A stretch of 64,000 nt of DNA from Felis catus. Its lineage: Eukaryota. Under the pieces are notes generated by a model. That model saw only the letters and a program-made list of their open reading frames with translations. It was not told the origin of the DNA and made no database searches. Each line of letters starts with the position of its first letter. Position 1 is the first letter of the stretch. A program made the translations under genes and the position numbers. This document shows, in pieces, positions 36,508 through 50,048 of this stretch. Location of the stretch: contig NC_058382.1 of assembly GCF_018350175.1 (NCBI RefSeq), forward strand, positions 51,462,001 through 51,526,000. Reading direction: 5' to 3'.

Positions 36508-37090
36508 TGTTATGGGATGAACTGTGCCTCCCTGAAATCATATGTTAATGCCCTAACCCTACGAGCTCAAAATGTGACTATATTTGGAGATAACACCTTT
36601 AAAAAGATAATTAGGGGCACCAGAGTGGCTCAGTCAGTTGGACATCTGGCTTCGGCTTAGGTCATGATATCACTGTTTGTGGGTTCAAGCCCTGTGTCGG
36701 GCTCTGTGTCGACAGCTCAGAGCCTAGAGCTTGCTTCGGATTCTGTCTGTCTGTCTGTCTCTCTCTCTCTGCCCCTCCCCTACTCATGCTCTGTCTCTCT
36801 CTGTCTCTCAAAAATAAATAAACATTAAAAAAAATTTAAAAAGATAATTAAAGCTCCATGAGGTCATACAGGTGAGCCCCAATTCAGTATGGCCGGTGTC
36901 CCTATAAGAAGAAGAAATTTGGACACATGAAGGTACACCAGGAATGAGAAGACACCATGGGAAGGGGCAGCAAGATTGAGGTCATCTGTAAGCCAAAGAC
37001 AGAGGTCTCAGAGGAAACCAAAGTAATTCTGATATGGTGAAAGGAAAAAAAAAAAAAACCAGAGTATTTTGTGACGGCAGTCCTCAGACA
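36508..37090 (+). mobile_element. MaLR LTR (MLT1B/C-like) split by a SINE
   Basis: Starts 'tgttatgggatgaactgtg...catatgtt...ccctaaccc...aatgtgactatatttggagata' and resumes after the SINE. Confidence 0.8.
36614..36835 (+). mobile_element. Can-SINE
   Basis: TSD TAAAAAGATAATTA. Confidence 0.93.
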
Positions 37091-37109
37091 CTGGATTCGG
37101 CAAAGCCAA

Positions 37110-38095
37110 AAAGTTGGTGCAACCAAAGACATCATCAGGACAGTAAAAAAGATAACCCTACAAAATGGGGAGAAACATTTGCATATCATGCAATAAAGGT
37201 TTAATATCCAGAACATAATTTTAAAAACTCCTACAACTTGACACCAAAAAAGACTAACAACTTGATTTTTAAAATGGGCAAAATCCTTGGACAGACATTT
37301 CTCTAACCAAGACACACGGATGGCCAACGAGCGCATAGGTAGACAGCCCACATAGTCGTCAGGAAAATACAATTCAAAACCACAGTGAGATATCGCTTCA
37401 TATCCATTACGAGGGCTAGAGTCAAAAACCTGGAAAAATAACAAGTGTTGGGGAGGGTGTAGAGAAGTGGGAACGCGCATACCTTGCAGACAGGAAGGGA
37501 AATGGTGTAGCCACCACGGGAAGCAGTATGTACGTTCCTCAAAAAGCTAAAGAGAACCAAGGTCCAGCAATTCCACTACTCTGTATATGCTGAAAAGACT
37601 TGGAAACAGATTCAGATGCTTATATGCACAATGTTCCCTGCAGCATTACTCACAATAGCCAAAGGTGAGAACAATACAAGATCCATGAACAGACTCGTGG
37701 GTCAATGGAAGTCGTCTATCCACACAAGGGAATATCGTGCGGCCATAGGAAGGAAAGGAGTATTGACGCATGCTACAATGTGGATAAATCTGGAAACATC
37801 ACACCAAGTGAAATAAGGCAGACACAAAAGGGCACATATTGTATGATCCGCTTGTATGGAATATCTAGGATAGGCAACTTCAAAGAGATGGAAAGCAGAC
37901 CTGGAGATCATCAGGGGTTAGGGAAGGGAGAATGGGGAGTTACTGCTGAAGGGTCTCAGGGTCCCTGTTTGGGCTGACAAAAAAGTTTTAGAAATAGATT
38001 GTGGCCATGGTAGCTCAGCACTGTGAATTGTAGTTAATGCCACTGAATTGTACCCTTGAAAATGGTTAAAATGGCAAATGTTACATTTACCACAG
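37110..38095 (+). mobile_element. L1 (L1MB-like) ORF2 C-terminus and 3'UTR relic
   Basis: 'aaaatgggcaaa...gacagacatttct', 'aacaagtgttgg', 'ccagcaattccact', 'cactgaattgtacccttgaaaatggttaaaatgg'. Confidence 0.9.
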
Positions 38096-38214
38096 AGAGG
38101 AATATACTGAATAAATGATTTATGACACCACTGTTGATCTTCTTCTAGATTAGATTTCTACTGTCAATAGTTGATATAACTGATGCTGTATCTAAGAAGC
38201 TTTTTTATGGGGGC

Positions 38215-38450
38215 GGGGGTGCACCTGGCTGGATCAGTCAGTTAAACATCCAACTTCAGCGCATCATCTCACGGTTCATGAGTTCGAGCCCCTCGTCGGG
38301 CTCTGTGCTGACAGCTGAGAGCCTGGAGCCGGCTTCAGATTCTGTGTCTCCCTCTCTCTCTCTCTCTGCCTTCCCCCCACTTGTACTCTGTCTCTCTCTG
38401 TCTCAAAAATGAACATTAAAAATTTTTTTTTAAAGAAGCTAAAAAAAAAA
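38215..38450 (+). mobile_element. Can-SINE
   Basis: Typical body and tail. Confidence 0.9.
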
Positions 38451-39013
38451 AGCTTTTGTTTTCACTTGGATTTTATTTCTAATATGAGTTTGGAGGTATA
38501 TCATTATGATTTTGTAAGTTGGGGGCTTCTGACCCTGCATATATTTTCCCTTGAAAGCAAGCTTCAAAACTGTCTTTGGGGAGCCCTGTCTAAAGCCACA
38601 GACGACCTTCAGCTCCCAGTGCAAGGCTCCATTACAACCTGCTTTTTCTCCATAATGCCCATTATCACCCGTATCCCTGTTACAGGGTGTGGCACAGAGT
38701 AGGCACTCAATAAAATCCTATTAACAGGTGAAAGCAGTAAATGTAGCCAGAGCACCCTAACTCTTCCAGGGCAATTTAACTTCATACATAACCTCAAACT
38801 CCCTTGTCAAAGCGGCAATTTAAAGTATGCTTTTTTTTTCGATCTTTGGTAGGCATTTTCCAACAAACATATATTTTAACCTCCAAATCTTCAAAGTAGC
38901 ACGCATTTCTTCTTTGAGTTGCTATGGGTAAGAAAAAGCCCGGGGTAACGTATTCAAAGTTCCTTTAAGGAACCTTAGGGAACTCTTTTGCTGCAATTAT
39001 ATCTAGTCTTAGT

Positions 39014-39016
<3 letters not shown>

Positions 39017-39052
<36 letters not shown>
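39017..39052. repeat. (TG)n microsatellite
   Basis: About 18 units. Confidence 0.95.
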
Positions 39053-39054
<2 letters not shown>

Positions 39055-41829
39055 TTAAGTCTCTACCTTTACATTTTACTGCTGTGCTAGTATTTTGACT
39101 CACGTGGAACTTTGTGTGGACAGGAACAGCCTGACTTCAGGAGCCACGTCCAAATATAAACTTCACCAGTTCTCAAGAAGCTTGACTTTTCAACGGGGTT
39201 GGAGGGGTGGGGGCTGGACAACGCCTGGTGCTTTCTGCTGAGGCTTCTATTCTGTCACTCTCCAGTCAGTACTGGACAGGGCCAGCGTGGTTTAAAAATA
39301 GTTTATTTTTATGGAAGGCCCGTATAAAGCTTGCACCAAAGCAATCAGTGATTAAAGCACAGGGTCCTGCCCTATTTCAAGGAAAACTCTTTAAGAGCCA
39401 GGACTGATTTCAGCCTACCAAGGATTCGACTGTTTCCTCGGGCTTCTGGTTAGGCATGAGAGAATCCACCTTCCCGATCGCCGGGAGCAGAAAAGGCGAA
39501 GCAGGCATTTTCAGAAGTGCGTGAACAAAAACAACGATGAAATCTCCGGGGCTGAACATTATTGAAAAGGGACGCACTTTCTCACTTGCTGATTACATCA
39601 GGAGGAAGTGTTCTGGCTCAGAAGGAGGAGGTCTTTACTACTCCTCTATTAAAAAGAGAGATTAGCAAGCATTAAAGAGAGAAAGAGCCTGGGGGCTAGG
39701 ATCTTTGGCTGGGCAACAGTATCTAATTAGAAGGTAATGGGGGGGGGGGAATACAATGAAAAGAATGCAATGTTTTAAAATTCTTATAATGGCAAGTGAT
39801 GGAAGGATTCCTTTTTAAGGATTTCTATTTGAAAAAAAAAACACAAAAAACGTGAGTTGGCTTAAAGACAAATATTAAGGAAGTGTGAGGGCACAGGGTG
39901 CCCCGAATAGGTGCTGAGGGATTCTGATGTTTCTCTACAATCTACTTTTTGCCCCTTCGCTTGCAACCTGACGGTAGAGAATAAGCATGAGGAATTTTTA
40001 ACCTCCTGAAAATTCCACATGCTATACAACAATGGTCTCTTGGATATTCCCTTCATTTTTAGAGTCATAGCTCGTTTTAATTAGATAACCTCTAAGGTTT
40101 CTTCAGGCTCTAACTGCTTACTCTTTAGATCGGACTCTTGGGGTGCAGAGAGGTAATGGAATTTGCCCAGATTCACAGGGCTGGGAAGTGACAGGGCCAA
40201 CACGAGGACTCATGGCTCCCCGTTTGCCATCTGCCGAGCGAAGCTGCTCAAGTGGGCTTGGGGACAATAGTACCGTCTTCTCGGTTCCAAATGTACTTGC
40301 TTCCTGCAAACTCTAGCCTGTAGGTACTGGCCAAATGGGACAAGAGGAGCCTCAGCTTGCCAACTCCAAGGCAGAGACCATCTGGTGTGTGAGAAAGAAA
40401 GACGTGTGATGATGACCTCAGGGATGGGAAGACACCAGCCCCAAAGCCACTGGAGACCCTGTAGTTCCGTTCTTCCAAAGAGCTTAATGATGGTCTCTTC
40501 CTTCCTATGACATGGGAGTCGAGCCTGTGTTTATTGTTCCCACAGCCCAGACCCAGGGTGGGCCTTTCTGTGATTTGCTTCCCAGCCCCACCCTGTCTAA
40601 ATATGCCGCCCCTACCGAGTTCTCTTCTGTCAGCCCAGGGAAACGTCTCCCAACCCTACTGCTGATAAAAGCCAAAAGCCATTGTAGAAAATGCCAGAGG
40701 TCTCCGTGTCATCTTGAGTATTCGATTTGGTCCCACCGATAGTTGAAAGCCCACTTACTTTTTAACAACAACAAAAAGAGTTTCAAAGGAAAATCGCTTC
40801 CCGGCCTCACTTGTCCGCACTGAGTGACATACATCCCCTTGACTTCGCAGATGGTGTATTCATTCAAAGACTGAAAAATCGCGAAGTTTGTGCTGGCCCC
40901 GGTGGTCTTCCCTGGGACTTTTCTTTCTCTCACTTGTTTTGCCATCAGGGCAACTGGGAATTCTACGACATCACACGCTTTGGCGCCGTTGAGGGACAAG
41001 CACGCCGATTTCTTGGTTGAGCAGCAACCGCGTCTGAATTATGCTCGGACAACACCTAAGACGGGATAGCGCATCTTTCCGGGAACTTACGTTGAGGATA
41101 TTCCCTCGTGCGCCAGAGTTCACTGTCAGCTCCCTTGACCAGCACTCGCGGAAATGGAGCAAACAGCAAATGAGGAGTCACTCCGGTCAAGAAGTGTGAG
41201 AACACAGCTTTGCAAGATGGGAGCGATCCTGTCCCTCTGAAACACAGCTTCCACCAGCTCCTTCATCCTGCAGGGAGGAACCCGGACGAAAATGCCTGAT
41301 ACAGAAGGAAAATTCGTCGTGTGCTGTCAGAGGCCGGTCAAAGGTCATCTCCCGGCATCACTGGGTAGTCAGGCAGAGGCTGCTGATGCACAGACACAAG
41401 GGCAAGACAGCACAGCCATCGAGATCATGGCTGGTAGGTCAGGCTGCCTCCCTTTGAGAATCCCGCCTCCAACATTAACCAGGTCCAAACTTGAAGGACT
41501 CACACTCTTCAAGCCTCCGTTCCCTCATCTTCCAAAGGGAGACGATAGCAAGATCTTCCTCATCGGTTGTGCAAGAATGACACGAAACCCGGAATGTTCC
41601 CAGCACTAAATTTTATTGCTTCAACATGCATACACCAATGATAATAAAAAATTGTTAGTAGCGGTTGTGCAGGGGGCAACCTTTGCTCACCCCAAGGTAA
41701 AGAAACAGGTCCCAGTCTCACTCTCCTGCCTGGTATATTTGAAATAGAAAGAGTAGAAGTTTCATCCCTGCCTCCCTACAATCCAGGATCGTGTATTAGG
41801 TACATTGCTTCCCCCCCCCCCCACCCTGT

Positions 41830-42400
41830 ATTTACGAGGACTCATTTAGTGGTAACTAACAGAAACCCAACCCAAACAAACGTAAGTATAACATAAGATA
41901 TATCAGAGCAAGCAACTGGGAGATCCACACGCTGGCTTCGAACCCAATGGGATGTGAAGACTATGGATGACTAAACCCCGATGACCTCCTTTTTTCTGAC
42001 ATATTACCCTCTCCCCACCCCTCCACCTAGCCCCACTGTGTTCCATTCTTGCCTGTTTCTCTTATGTGTTGTCTTATTCTCCCCTACTGCACACAAGTTC
42101 TTTGCATGGTTTGGTAGATGGCTCCCAGATAGCTCTGACTCATGCCTTCCGATTCTGTAGGCCACAAGACAAAACTCCTTTTCTTTCAGTCCTGGATGGA
42201 CAAAGTCCTGGGGGAGAACTTGGAGTGACCCAGCCCGGGGCATGGAACTAAAGGCTGGGCCAGTTGCCACGGCTGGAGACACTGGGGTTCTGACGATTGG
42301 CTGAGTCTGCGTTACATGCCCAACCACGTCTCTGCCGACCCACACTGAATGCAGAGCAGCAGATCCACAGAAGAAAGGGGGTGTTGAAAGAAAATCGTAA
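41830..42400. mobile_element. Old MaLR LTR fragments (MLT1J/K-like)
   Basis: 'taacagaaacccaacccaaac' and 'gattggctgagtctg...cacatgccca'-like motifs. Confidence 0.45.
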
Positions 42401-42883
42401 CTGCACACTTTCACTCAGAGTATGAAATTCTCTGTGTTGAAGAATTTATTCTCCCCAATTCTCATTGGGGGCACATGCCAGAATCTCAGGAAAAGAAACG
42501 AAGCATCTTAATTTTTCATCTTTATTTTCTCAATTTGATTGTTGTTAATAACCCAAGATGTGTATCCTCCCCAACCAAGGGTTCATTTGTTTGCTTGTTT
42601 TCAGCGTGGAAACCTGCTGAGCTAGAAGATCCTTTGCTATGAGAAAGAGAAAGGTGGCTGATAACCCGTGTGGTCCCTGTATGTGTACCACATGTTCCCG
42701 TTTCACCTCGAATGAATTCACACCCAAAAGAAACAGGAAACTGGTCTGCAGTTCTCCGAGTATTTTGTGGTCCTTTTTTCAAGCCCTCTCTTCCCACTCT
42801 CCCTCCCACCCAAGAGCATTTCAAGTGAAGGGAACACACAGCACAGGAAAGAATATAAGCCACTATTTTTAAGAGACAAACTT

Positions 42884-43084
42884 GGGGGCCCCTGGGTGGC
42901 TCAGCCACCAAGCATCTGACTTCAGCTCAGGTCGCGATCTCACGGTTGGGGAGTTTGAGTCCTGCATCGGGTGAGCTCGAGCCCTGCTTTGGGTGAGCCC
43001 TGCTTCTCTCTCTTTCTCTCTCTCTCTGCCCCTCGCTCACTCCCTCTCCCTCTCTCTCTCTCAAAAGAGAGAGAGAGAGAGAGA
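42884..43084 (+). mobile_element. Can-SINE variant with an internal tandem duplication
   Basis: 'gagtttgagtcctgcatcgggtgagctcgagccctgctttgggtgagccctgcttc' and a (GA)n tail. Confidence 0.85.
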
Positions 43085-43939
43085 CTTGGGATGAAATCTG
43101 GGCTTTTCCACTTACACACTTACGAGTGTGAGCTTGGACAAGTTATGGTACCTGCCTGAACCCCACCTTCCTCCCCTGCAAAATGAGGATAGGTTAGCTA
43201 TTTCAAAGCCTCATTGATGAGATTCAGTAGGGTATCGGGAAGACTATCTTCTGCTTCCAGACAAGATAAGTTAACAAACCAACCCCCTAAAACAAACCAA
43301 CAGACAAAAAGAGACAAAACACAGGGAAAACAATGGTTTCCAATGCAGCATGCAGCAAAAGACGGTGATCCCCGAGAGAGAGAGGAAAACGAAGCTGGTG
43401 CTAGGACTGCCCCGGTGGCTCCCATGAAAAGGCTTGCAGCCTGTGGCATGCCCGGTAGACTCTGTGAGTTGAATCGTTGAGCTAAGTCTCCAGGGAGACC
43501 GAGGCAGGCCAAGGCATCTATGACCCGGGTATGCAGGGCAGACTTTTGGAGAGGGAAGAGCTGCACATGGAGAGAACCCCAAGGATCAGCAAGAGGGTCC
43601 TCCCGGGATATGCAGCAAAGTAGTGATCGGCACATGCGTTTGAGGAAACTACCCAAAATGAGGGAAAGAATCATCCGAAAGGATTAAAAGGAACGTTGTC
43701 TGGTACTCTTACAGGACCAGGGATAATGCCGTGTACCCCAGCGGGGGCTCTTGTTTCGTGGGCACTGGGGAGGGTATTCAGGAAGGTCTTGCTTCAGTCA
43801 TAGGGAATAATTACCTCTCAGATGAGCGCTGCCCCCAGACCTGTCTCGCAAATCATACACGCGAAGACCCAAAACTTTGATCAAGCTGTTTGCCGAGAAA
43901 CTTCACTGCAGATCAGAAAAATCTCAAAACACATTTCTG

Positions 43940-44775
43940 GACTTGCAAAAATATCCATCACCCAGCAAAGTGAAATTCACAACGGCTAGCGTCCAAACAT
44001 CACCAGGCATGCAGTGAAACCAGAAAATACGACCCAAATTGAGAAAAGTGAGTAAGCTGAAATCCACCCCAGAACTGACACAGATGTTAAAATTAACAGA
44101 CAGGACATTAGAACAATTATAACTGTATTCCAGATGTCTGAAAGTCGAGCTTTAACTGAAGATGGCTTTGACTTAAAAAGACATAAAATATATTAAAAAA
44201 AAAAAAAAGAGAGAGAGATCCACATTGAATTTCTAGAGATGACATATATAGTGTGTAAGATGGAAAATACCCTCGAAGAGACTGATTGCAGGTGAGACAA
44301 TGCAGAAGAAAAGATTAGTGAACTTGCAGCTATAGCAATAGAAACTATTCAAAATAAAACTCAGAGAGAAAAACAAAGAAAAAAAGAAGAGTATCAGTGA
44401 ACCAAAGGACAATTTCAAGCAGGCTAATATATGTGTAAGTGAATTCTGTGAAGAAGAGAATGGGTGTGGAATAGGTGTGGGCAGAGAGAACATTTGAAGG
44501 AATAGCGGCCAATCCCCCCTCAAATTTAATAAAAGCTATACACCTATGGATCCAAGAGACTCAATGTCTTTCTAACACGAGAGACACGAAGAAGTATATC
44601 ACAACCAAAACGTGCTCAAAATGGTCAAAAATCGTAATTGAAACAGGTTTAAAACCAGCGATGAATAGCCAATCTTAAAGGAGCCAGAGAAAAAGGCAAG
44701 TTAGGTACAAAAAAGCTAACATAAAGATGAGAGCAGCTTTCTTACTGGAAACAGTGGAGACGCAGTCTAGAGCAA
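43940..44775 (+). mobile_element. Old L1 ORF1-region relic
   Basis: 'gaaaagattagtgaacttg...atagaaactattcaaa', 'ctaatatatgtgtaa', 'atttgaaggaata', 'tcttaaaggagccagagaaaaa'. Many stops and frameshifts. Confidence 0.75.
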
Positions 44776-45287
44776 CACGTAGTCTGTGCTTGCTGCCTTC
44801 CTGGGCACCATCTGCAAAGGACTGACCCCGTTCACAAGGGGGCTGCTGGTTCCCCAGTCCGTGGTGATAGTATAAAAGGAAACAGAGTTTGTTCTAAAGG
44901 AAAAAACTACCGACTTGGAAAATGCACACACTACCTCTGATCACAACCCCCTAGCCAAGGACTTAATCCCAGAGCCAAACCTGGCAGCAGGGATGTCTGC
45001 AGGCACAGCCTCCGCCCTCAGGCAGGAGAAAAACAGAACATGTATCCATAGTTCGAGGTGATCACCAGGATCGGCTGCGCTGCCTGATTCCCATTTATTC
45101 TTTATCCAGCGGCCTCTTCATTTGGCCAATTAGCAAATGTGTGGCTATCTCACAAGACTTCAGGCTCTGTGAGGCTAGAAACCAAGTCAGTTTGGTATAT
45201 TCCTGCCCGAGACCTGGTATCGTTTATGTTGTTGTTGTTGTTTTTTTTATTGCTCTTTTTTCTTTTTTTAATACTCTTTCTCTACCT

Positions 45288-45507
45288 TTTTTTTTATTTT
45301 TTTTAACGTTTATTTATTTTTGAGACAGAGAGAGACAGAGCATGAACAGGGGAGGGGCAGAGAGACAGGGAGACACAGAATCGGAAACAGGCTCCAGGAT
45401 CTGAGCTGTCAGCACAGAGCCCGACGCGGGGCTCAAACTCATGGACCGCGAGATCATGACCTGAGCCGAAGTCGGACGCTTAACCGACCGAGCCACCCAG
45501 GCGCCCC
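45288..45507 (-). mobile_element. Can-SINE (fairly young)
   Basis: TSD CTCTACCT. Confidence 0.93.
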
Positions 45508-45519
45508 CCTCTCTACCTC

Positions 45520-45755
45520 TTTTTAATAGGTTTATTGAGATATAATTCACACACCATACAATTCGCCCATTTAACATGTACAAGTCAATGCATTTAAGTA
45601 TCTTTGCAGGACTTTGCAACGATCACCATTGCCTAATTTTAGAATTTCTGGCCACCCAGATGAAACCTCACACCCATCAGCACTCATTTTTCTTCGCACT
45701 GTTTTAACCCTAAACAACAAGTAATCTACTTTCTGTGGATTCAGTGCCTGAAATA
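45520..45755 (-). mobile_element. L1 3'-end relic
   Basis: 'tttattgagatataattcacacaccatacaattcgcccattt'. Confidence 0.75.
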
Positions 45756-46736
45756 GCAACAAACCTCCATTCCTAGCGCCTTCCATGTGGTGGGCTCTCC
45801 ATAAACACACACTGGACAGAGTTAACCTCTTTTTGTTGTCAGCATACACACTCAAGTGAAAGACCCCCTCCAAGGATATTTCAAAATGCATATTGCTACT
45901 TGGTGACCTTTATGACACTCTCCTGGTGCCCAGAATAAAGGAATCATATCACACCATCCGGCCGCTGGTAATGAACTCATTTTGCCTCCAACACAGACAT
46001 CTGGGAAGGGAACCCCGGTCCCATTTTACAGATGGGAACACCCAAGTCTGGCTCCCCTGGCGCCAGCCGGCTGATTTTGAGACTTGTTAACCCATTTGCT
46101 CAACATGGACCCGAGTCCTCAGCTTTAGCCAAACAAACAAACAAACAAACAAACAAAAAAGCAACGTCCCCCAGCCCGAGAAAACGTTGTTTTAGCAGGA
46201 CTCACTGGGGTGTGCGACCTATTATATAAACAATATTTGTTTTCAAACTGAACCATTCAAACGGAACCCGCTGTCTGATCTGCCTGCCAGCCACCTTCCT
46301 ATCAGGCAGGCGGACGCCTGTGCCATCATTTTCCCCAAAGTGACATAAATATCCACACCAACACTCAGGAAAACTGGACATCTCCGCAGACAAGAATTTT
46401 TCTGCTCCTTAAACTGTTTCCCAGCTTGCTCGCGAGCTGGCAAGATGCCTCTGTTCAATCACTTGAGATTCTGACTCTTCTTAGAGTAAACTCCGCAACC
46501 AACCGGCAGCCCAGGCGCCCTCTCTCACTGTGTGGGTTCTGGGCACACGGAAGCGTGAGGACCTACAGGGCCCTGGTTTCTCACAAAAGGTCCTCACACT
46601 TTGGGTCCCTTTGCCTTATTTTCATATAGCCACTTAAGGTACCAAAACGGAAACAAAAATTGTTGGCAGTATCTATTTCAGAGCTCCTGGTCCTGGCCCC
46701 CAGCCACCAAGTTGCCAAACATTGCCGTCTGCACCG

Positions 46737-46793
46737 TCTCTCCTCTCCTCTCCTCTCCTCTCCTCTCCTCTCCTCTCCTCTCCTCTCCTCTCC
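46737..46793. repeat. (TCTCC)n pentanucleotide repeat
   Basis: About 11 perfect units. Confidence 0.95.
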
Positions 46794-47507
46794 AACTGGT
46801 CCTTCTGAAAGGAAACAGTGGTCTTTCTTTCCAGGCGCCTTGTGGAAAGGATGGATGACACAAAGCGAGGCTGGTGAGGGCGGGAGCGGCCTCCAGATTG
46901 GGCTCCGGCTGAGTGGCAGGACGGGGACAGTGTCTGGGAGGAGGGCCCTGCCCACCCGCTCCTGTAGACTTTGATGTTTCGAAGGCCTGTGGAAGGCAGC
47001 CAGGGAAATTGAGATACACTCACCCAGTAATTGATTATTCAGCTGTATCTCGGAAAGACACAGCCTGGCGGGGGCTGACGGCTATTGTTTCCTTTTTGCC
47101 GCTCTGGGGGGGGGGGGTCGGGAGCCAAGGAAACGTGGGGCAAAGATGTAGCCTTCGGGGATGGAGGTAGGAAGTCATCCAGCCTTGGAGGCCCATCGTT
47201 CAGGTATTTGCAAGCCTCCCTTCCTCTAATCCGGTCTGAGAGGGGCAGTGGTGTGAGGGCCAACCTGATAAGAAGGGAAAGACTGAGCCATTGGTGCATG
47301 GGTGGAGAAGAAGGAAGAATGAGTGCAGACATTATGGACAAATGGAATTTTTGTGGGCTTAATGATTTTTCAATTGTATGTGGGGTGGATCCGATGAATG
47401 TACCGGAGTTCAGGGTGTGCCCAAGTTTTGTAAGATATTAACCCTGATCCACCATGTTTTCATTCCGTGACAGGTCGACTTTCACTTATTTTAAAATATA
47501 CTACTGA

Positions 47508-47726
47508 GGGGCGCCTGGGTGGCACAGTCGGTTAAGCGTCCGACTTCAGCCAGGTCACGATCTCACGGTCAGTGAGTTCGAGCCCCGCGTCAGGCTCTGG
47601 GCTGATGGCTCAGAGCCTGGAGCCTGTTTCCGATGCTGTGTCTCCCTCTCTCTCTGCCCCTCCCCCGTTCATGCTCTGTCTCTCTCTGTCCCAAAAATAA
47701 ATAAACGTTGAAAAAAAAATTTAAAA
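47508..47726 (+). mobile_element. Young SINEC_Fc
   Basis: Near-consensus. Perfect 15-bp TSD AAAATATACTACTGA (47493-47507 / 47727-47741) at a TT|AAAA L1-endonuclease site. Confidence 0.97.
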
Positions 47727-48451
47727 AAAATATACTACTGAAAGAACTTATGAAATATTATACCACTGTTCCCCTCGATGCAATTTTCTTGCTATCTTTT
47801 GACAGATGTACAAACGTCCATGATAACTTTTGAGCGATAACTCCATTGGTCGTGTTTCACGAGCATAATGGGCGAACATTTCTAGGCTGGAAGAGAAAAG
47901 TTAGAGGCTGTCTAGGATGGTGATTTTAACGTGGTGTGTAATGAGTCTTGTGGGGAGGGGGAAAACGGAGAAGGGAGACATCAGACTTTTCCCAGGTGAA
48001 AATTCATGCACACCCTTAAAAATATTTTAAAATCACCTCAGTGCTTAGATTTAACGTTGTTCAGACAATTTTCATCGGTTTTGGAATTCCAAGGGCTTGA
48101 GCTGCTGACGCTCATTAAAAGGGGAGCAATGTTGACCTAGTAACAACCTCTCGCTTACGGACAGGTAAACTGATCCCAGATTGACTTCCAGAAGGCAACA
48201 CGGGTAGTTGACGTGGCAAGATCAAGACTTGGAACCCGCTACTATGCTGCCAAACTCAACCCCCTTCTGGCGATACTCCTGGATTTGGCGGCTAGAAACA
48301 CCCATCTTGGTGTCTGTCCCCATGACCTCTCTGCTAAAAAGAGGAAAACGAGGATCCTCTGAGTGGCAGTTGGGCTACAAGATAGTGTTCAATATGTGTT
48401 AACAGTCTGAGCTAATCATAATGCTAAGCATTTTATATTTATCATCTCCCT

Positions 48452-48685
48452 TATTTTTAAAAAATGTTAATGTTTACTATTTATTTTGAGAGAGAGAGAG
48501 AGGGAGAGAGACAGAGCATTAGCAGGGGAGGGACAGAGAAAGAGAGGGAGACAGAGAATCTGAAGCAGGCTCCAGGCTCTGAGCTGTCAGCACAGAACCT
48601 GCCAAGGGGCTCGAACTCATGAACCGTGAGATCGTGACCTGAGCTGAAGTCTGATGCTCAGCCAGCGGAGCCACCCAGGTGCCCC
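48452..48685 (-). mobile_element. Can-SINE inside a MIR
   Basis: TSD TTTATCATCTCC. Confidence 0.92.
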
Positions 48686-49806
48686 TTTATCATCTCCTTT
48701 AAACCTCATAACAATACTACAAGTTGGGTACTGCAATTACCCCCATTTTGCAGGTGAGAAAACTGGGGGAGAAAGAAGCAGTATTTTGCACAAGGTCACA
48801 CAGCATGTGGCTGACTGTGTATTAGTACTCATGACAACTGAATGCAGAACCTATACTCGTAATGGCTGGAAGACGTGAATGTCTAATATCTTGGTAGTTT
48901 GGGCTCTCAAATAATGCAGGCTCCAGCTTTAGTAGAGTTTGAGTAGAATTTGACCATTATTCCGTCTCGGTGTCTGAGGATAGCATGGATTGCCTCCGTA
49001 TATAAAGAGCTGCACATCACAGAGGGGAACCAAACAGGTAGAGAATATCCACAGAGAGAAGATGCTTCTGATCTAGGGTGAAGCCATTGACCTTAGGTCT
49101 TTTCCAATACTGAGCGTCTAGATGCTCGTGACTTGCCTCGGAGCTTTTCACCCACCAGTCTTGGCTTTCCCTCTTGTATCTCTCAGATTGTGGTGTGTGT
49201 CCGGCATCGTTGCCACAAGCATTTTTGTTGCGTTAACTAATTGGCCAGAAGACAGTTTTGTCGTAAAAGACGGAGTCGTGAAAAGAAAAAGAGGGACGTT
49301 CATTAAAAAGGACATAATGCAACATGAGAAATGAAGACCACCATGAAGGACTATTGCAAAATGCAAACTATTTGAATACATTCAAAATGTGTAGTGCATA
49401 TTCACGGCAGTCCTGTGCAAATGACTGCTTTTATTTTGTGGACTCTACCTAAGCATTTATCTTCAAAGTCTTTCATTCACGCTATGCTTTTTTTTTTCTT
49501 GTGGATTCATCTTCTCATTGGCGTTCCACTTTTTCTGTCTCACTAAAATTTCTTCCTTCACCAAGAGAGGTATCAGTTTACAAATACAAAGCTGCACATT
49601 GGTAACTGAGCTTTGCGCTGTGTGGTGGAAACCTCTACGCTATTGTTGGTTCTTGGCACAGTGTCGCCGGTCTGTTGATAGATGTTCCAAAGTTCCGCAA
49701 GAAATGTGGATTCAACACTGCACCACTGTGTGGACCATTATGAGGGCTGAGATGCATATAACATAAAAATGAAAGTACTGTGTTAATGCAGAAATTAAAC
49801 CAAACT

Positions 49807-50048
49807 GGGGCACCTGGCGGCTCAGCCGGTGAAGCGTCTTGACTCTTGCTTTCAGCTCAGGTCATGATCTCGTGGCTGTGAGTTCGAGCCCCGCCTTGGG
49901 CTCTGTGCTGTTAGCACGGAGCCTGCTTGGGATTCTCTCTCTTCCTCTCTCTCTCTCTCTCTCTGCCCCTCCCCTGAATGCTCTCTTTCCCTTTCAAAAT
50001 AAAAATAAATACACTTAAATATTTTTTAAAAAAATCTTAAAAAAAGAG
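49807..50048 (+). mobile_element. Can-SINE
   Basis: TSD GAAATTAAACCAAACT. Confidence 0.93.

Noticed and set aside
36902..37480. 192-aa minus-strand ORF
   Set aside because: It is an antisense reading of MLT1/L1 relic sequence.
46581..47023. ORFs with EERRG/LLSSP repeats
   Set aside because: They are produced by the (TCTCC)n microsatellite.
49160..49340. Acceptor-like TTTCCCTCTTGTATCTCTCAG followed by a short + strand ORF
   Set aside because: There is no recognisable homology or clear donor, and such motifs are frequent by chance.
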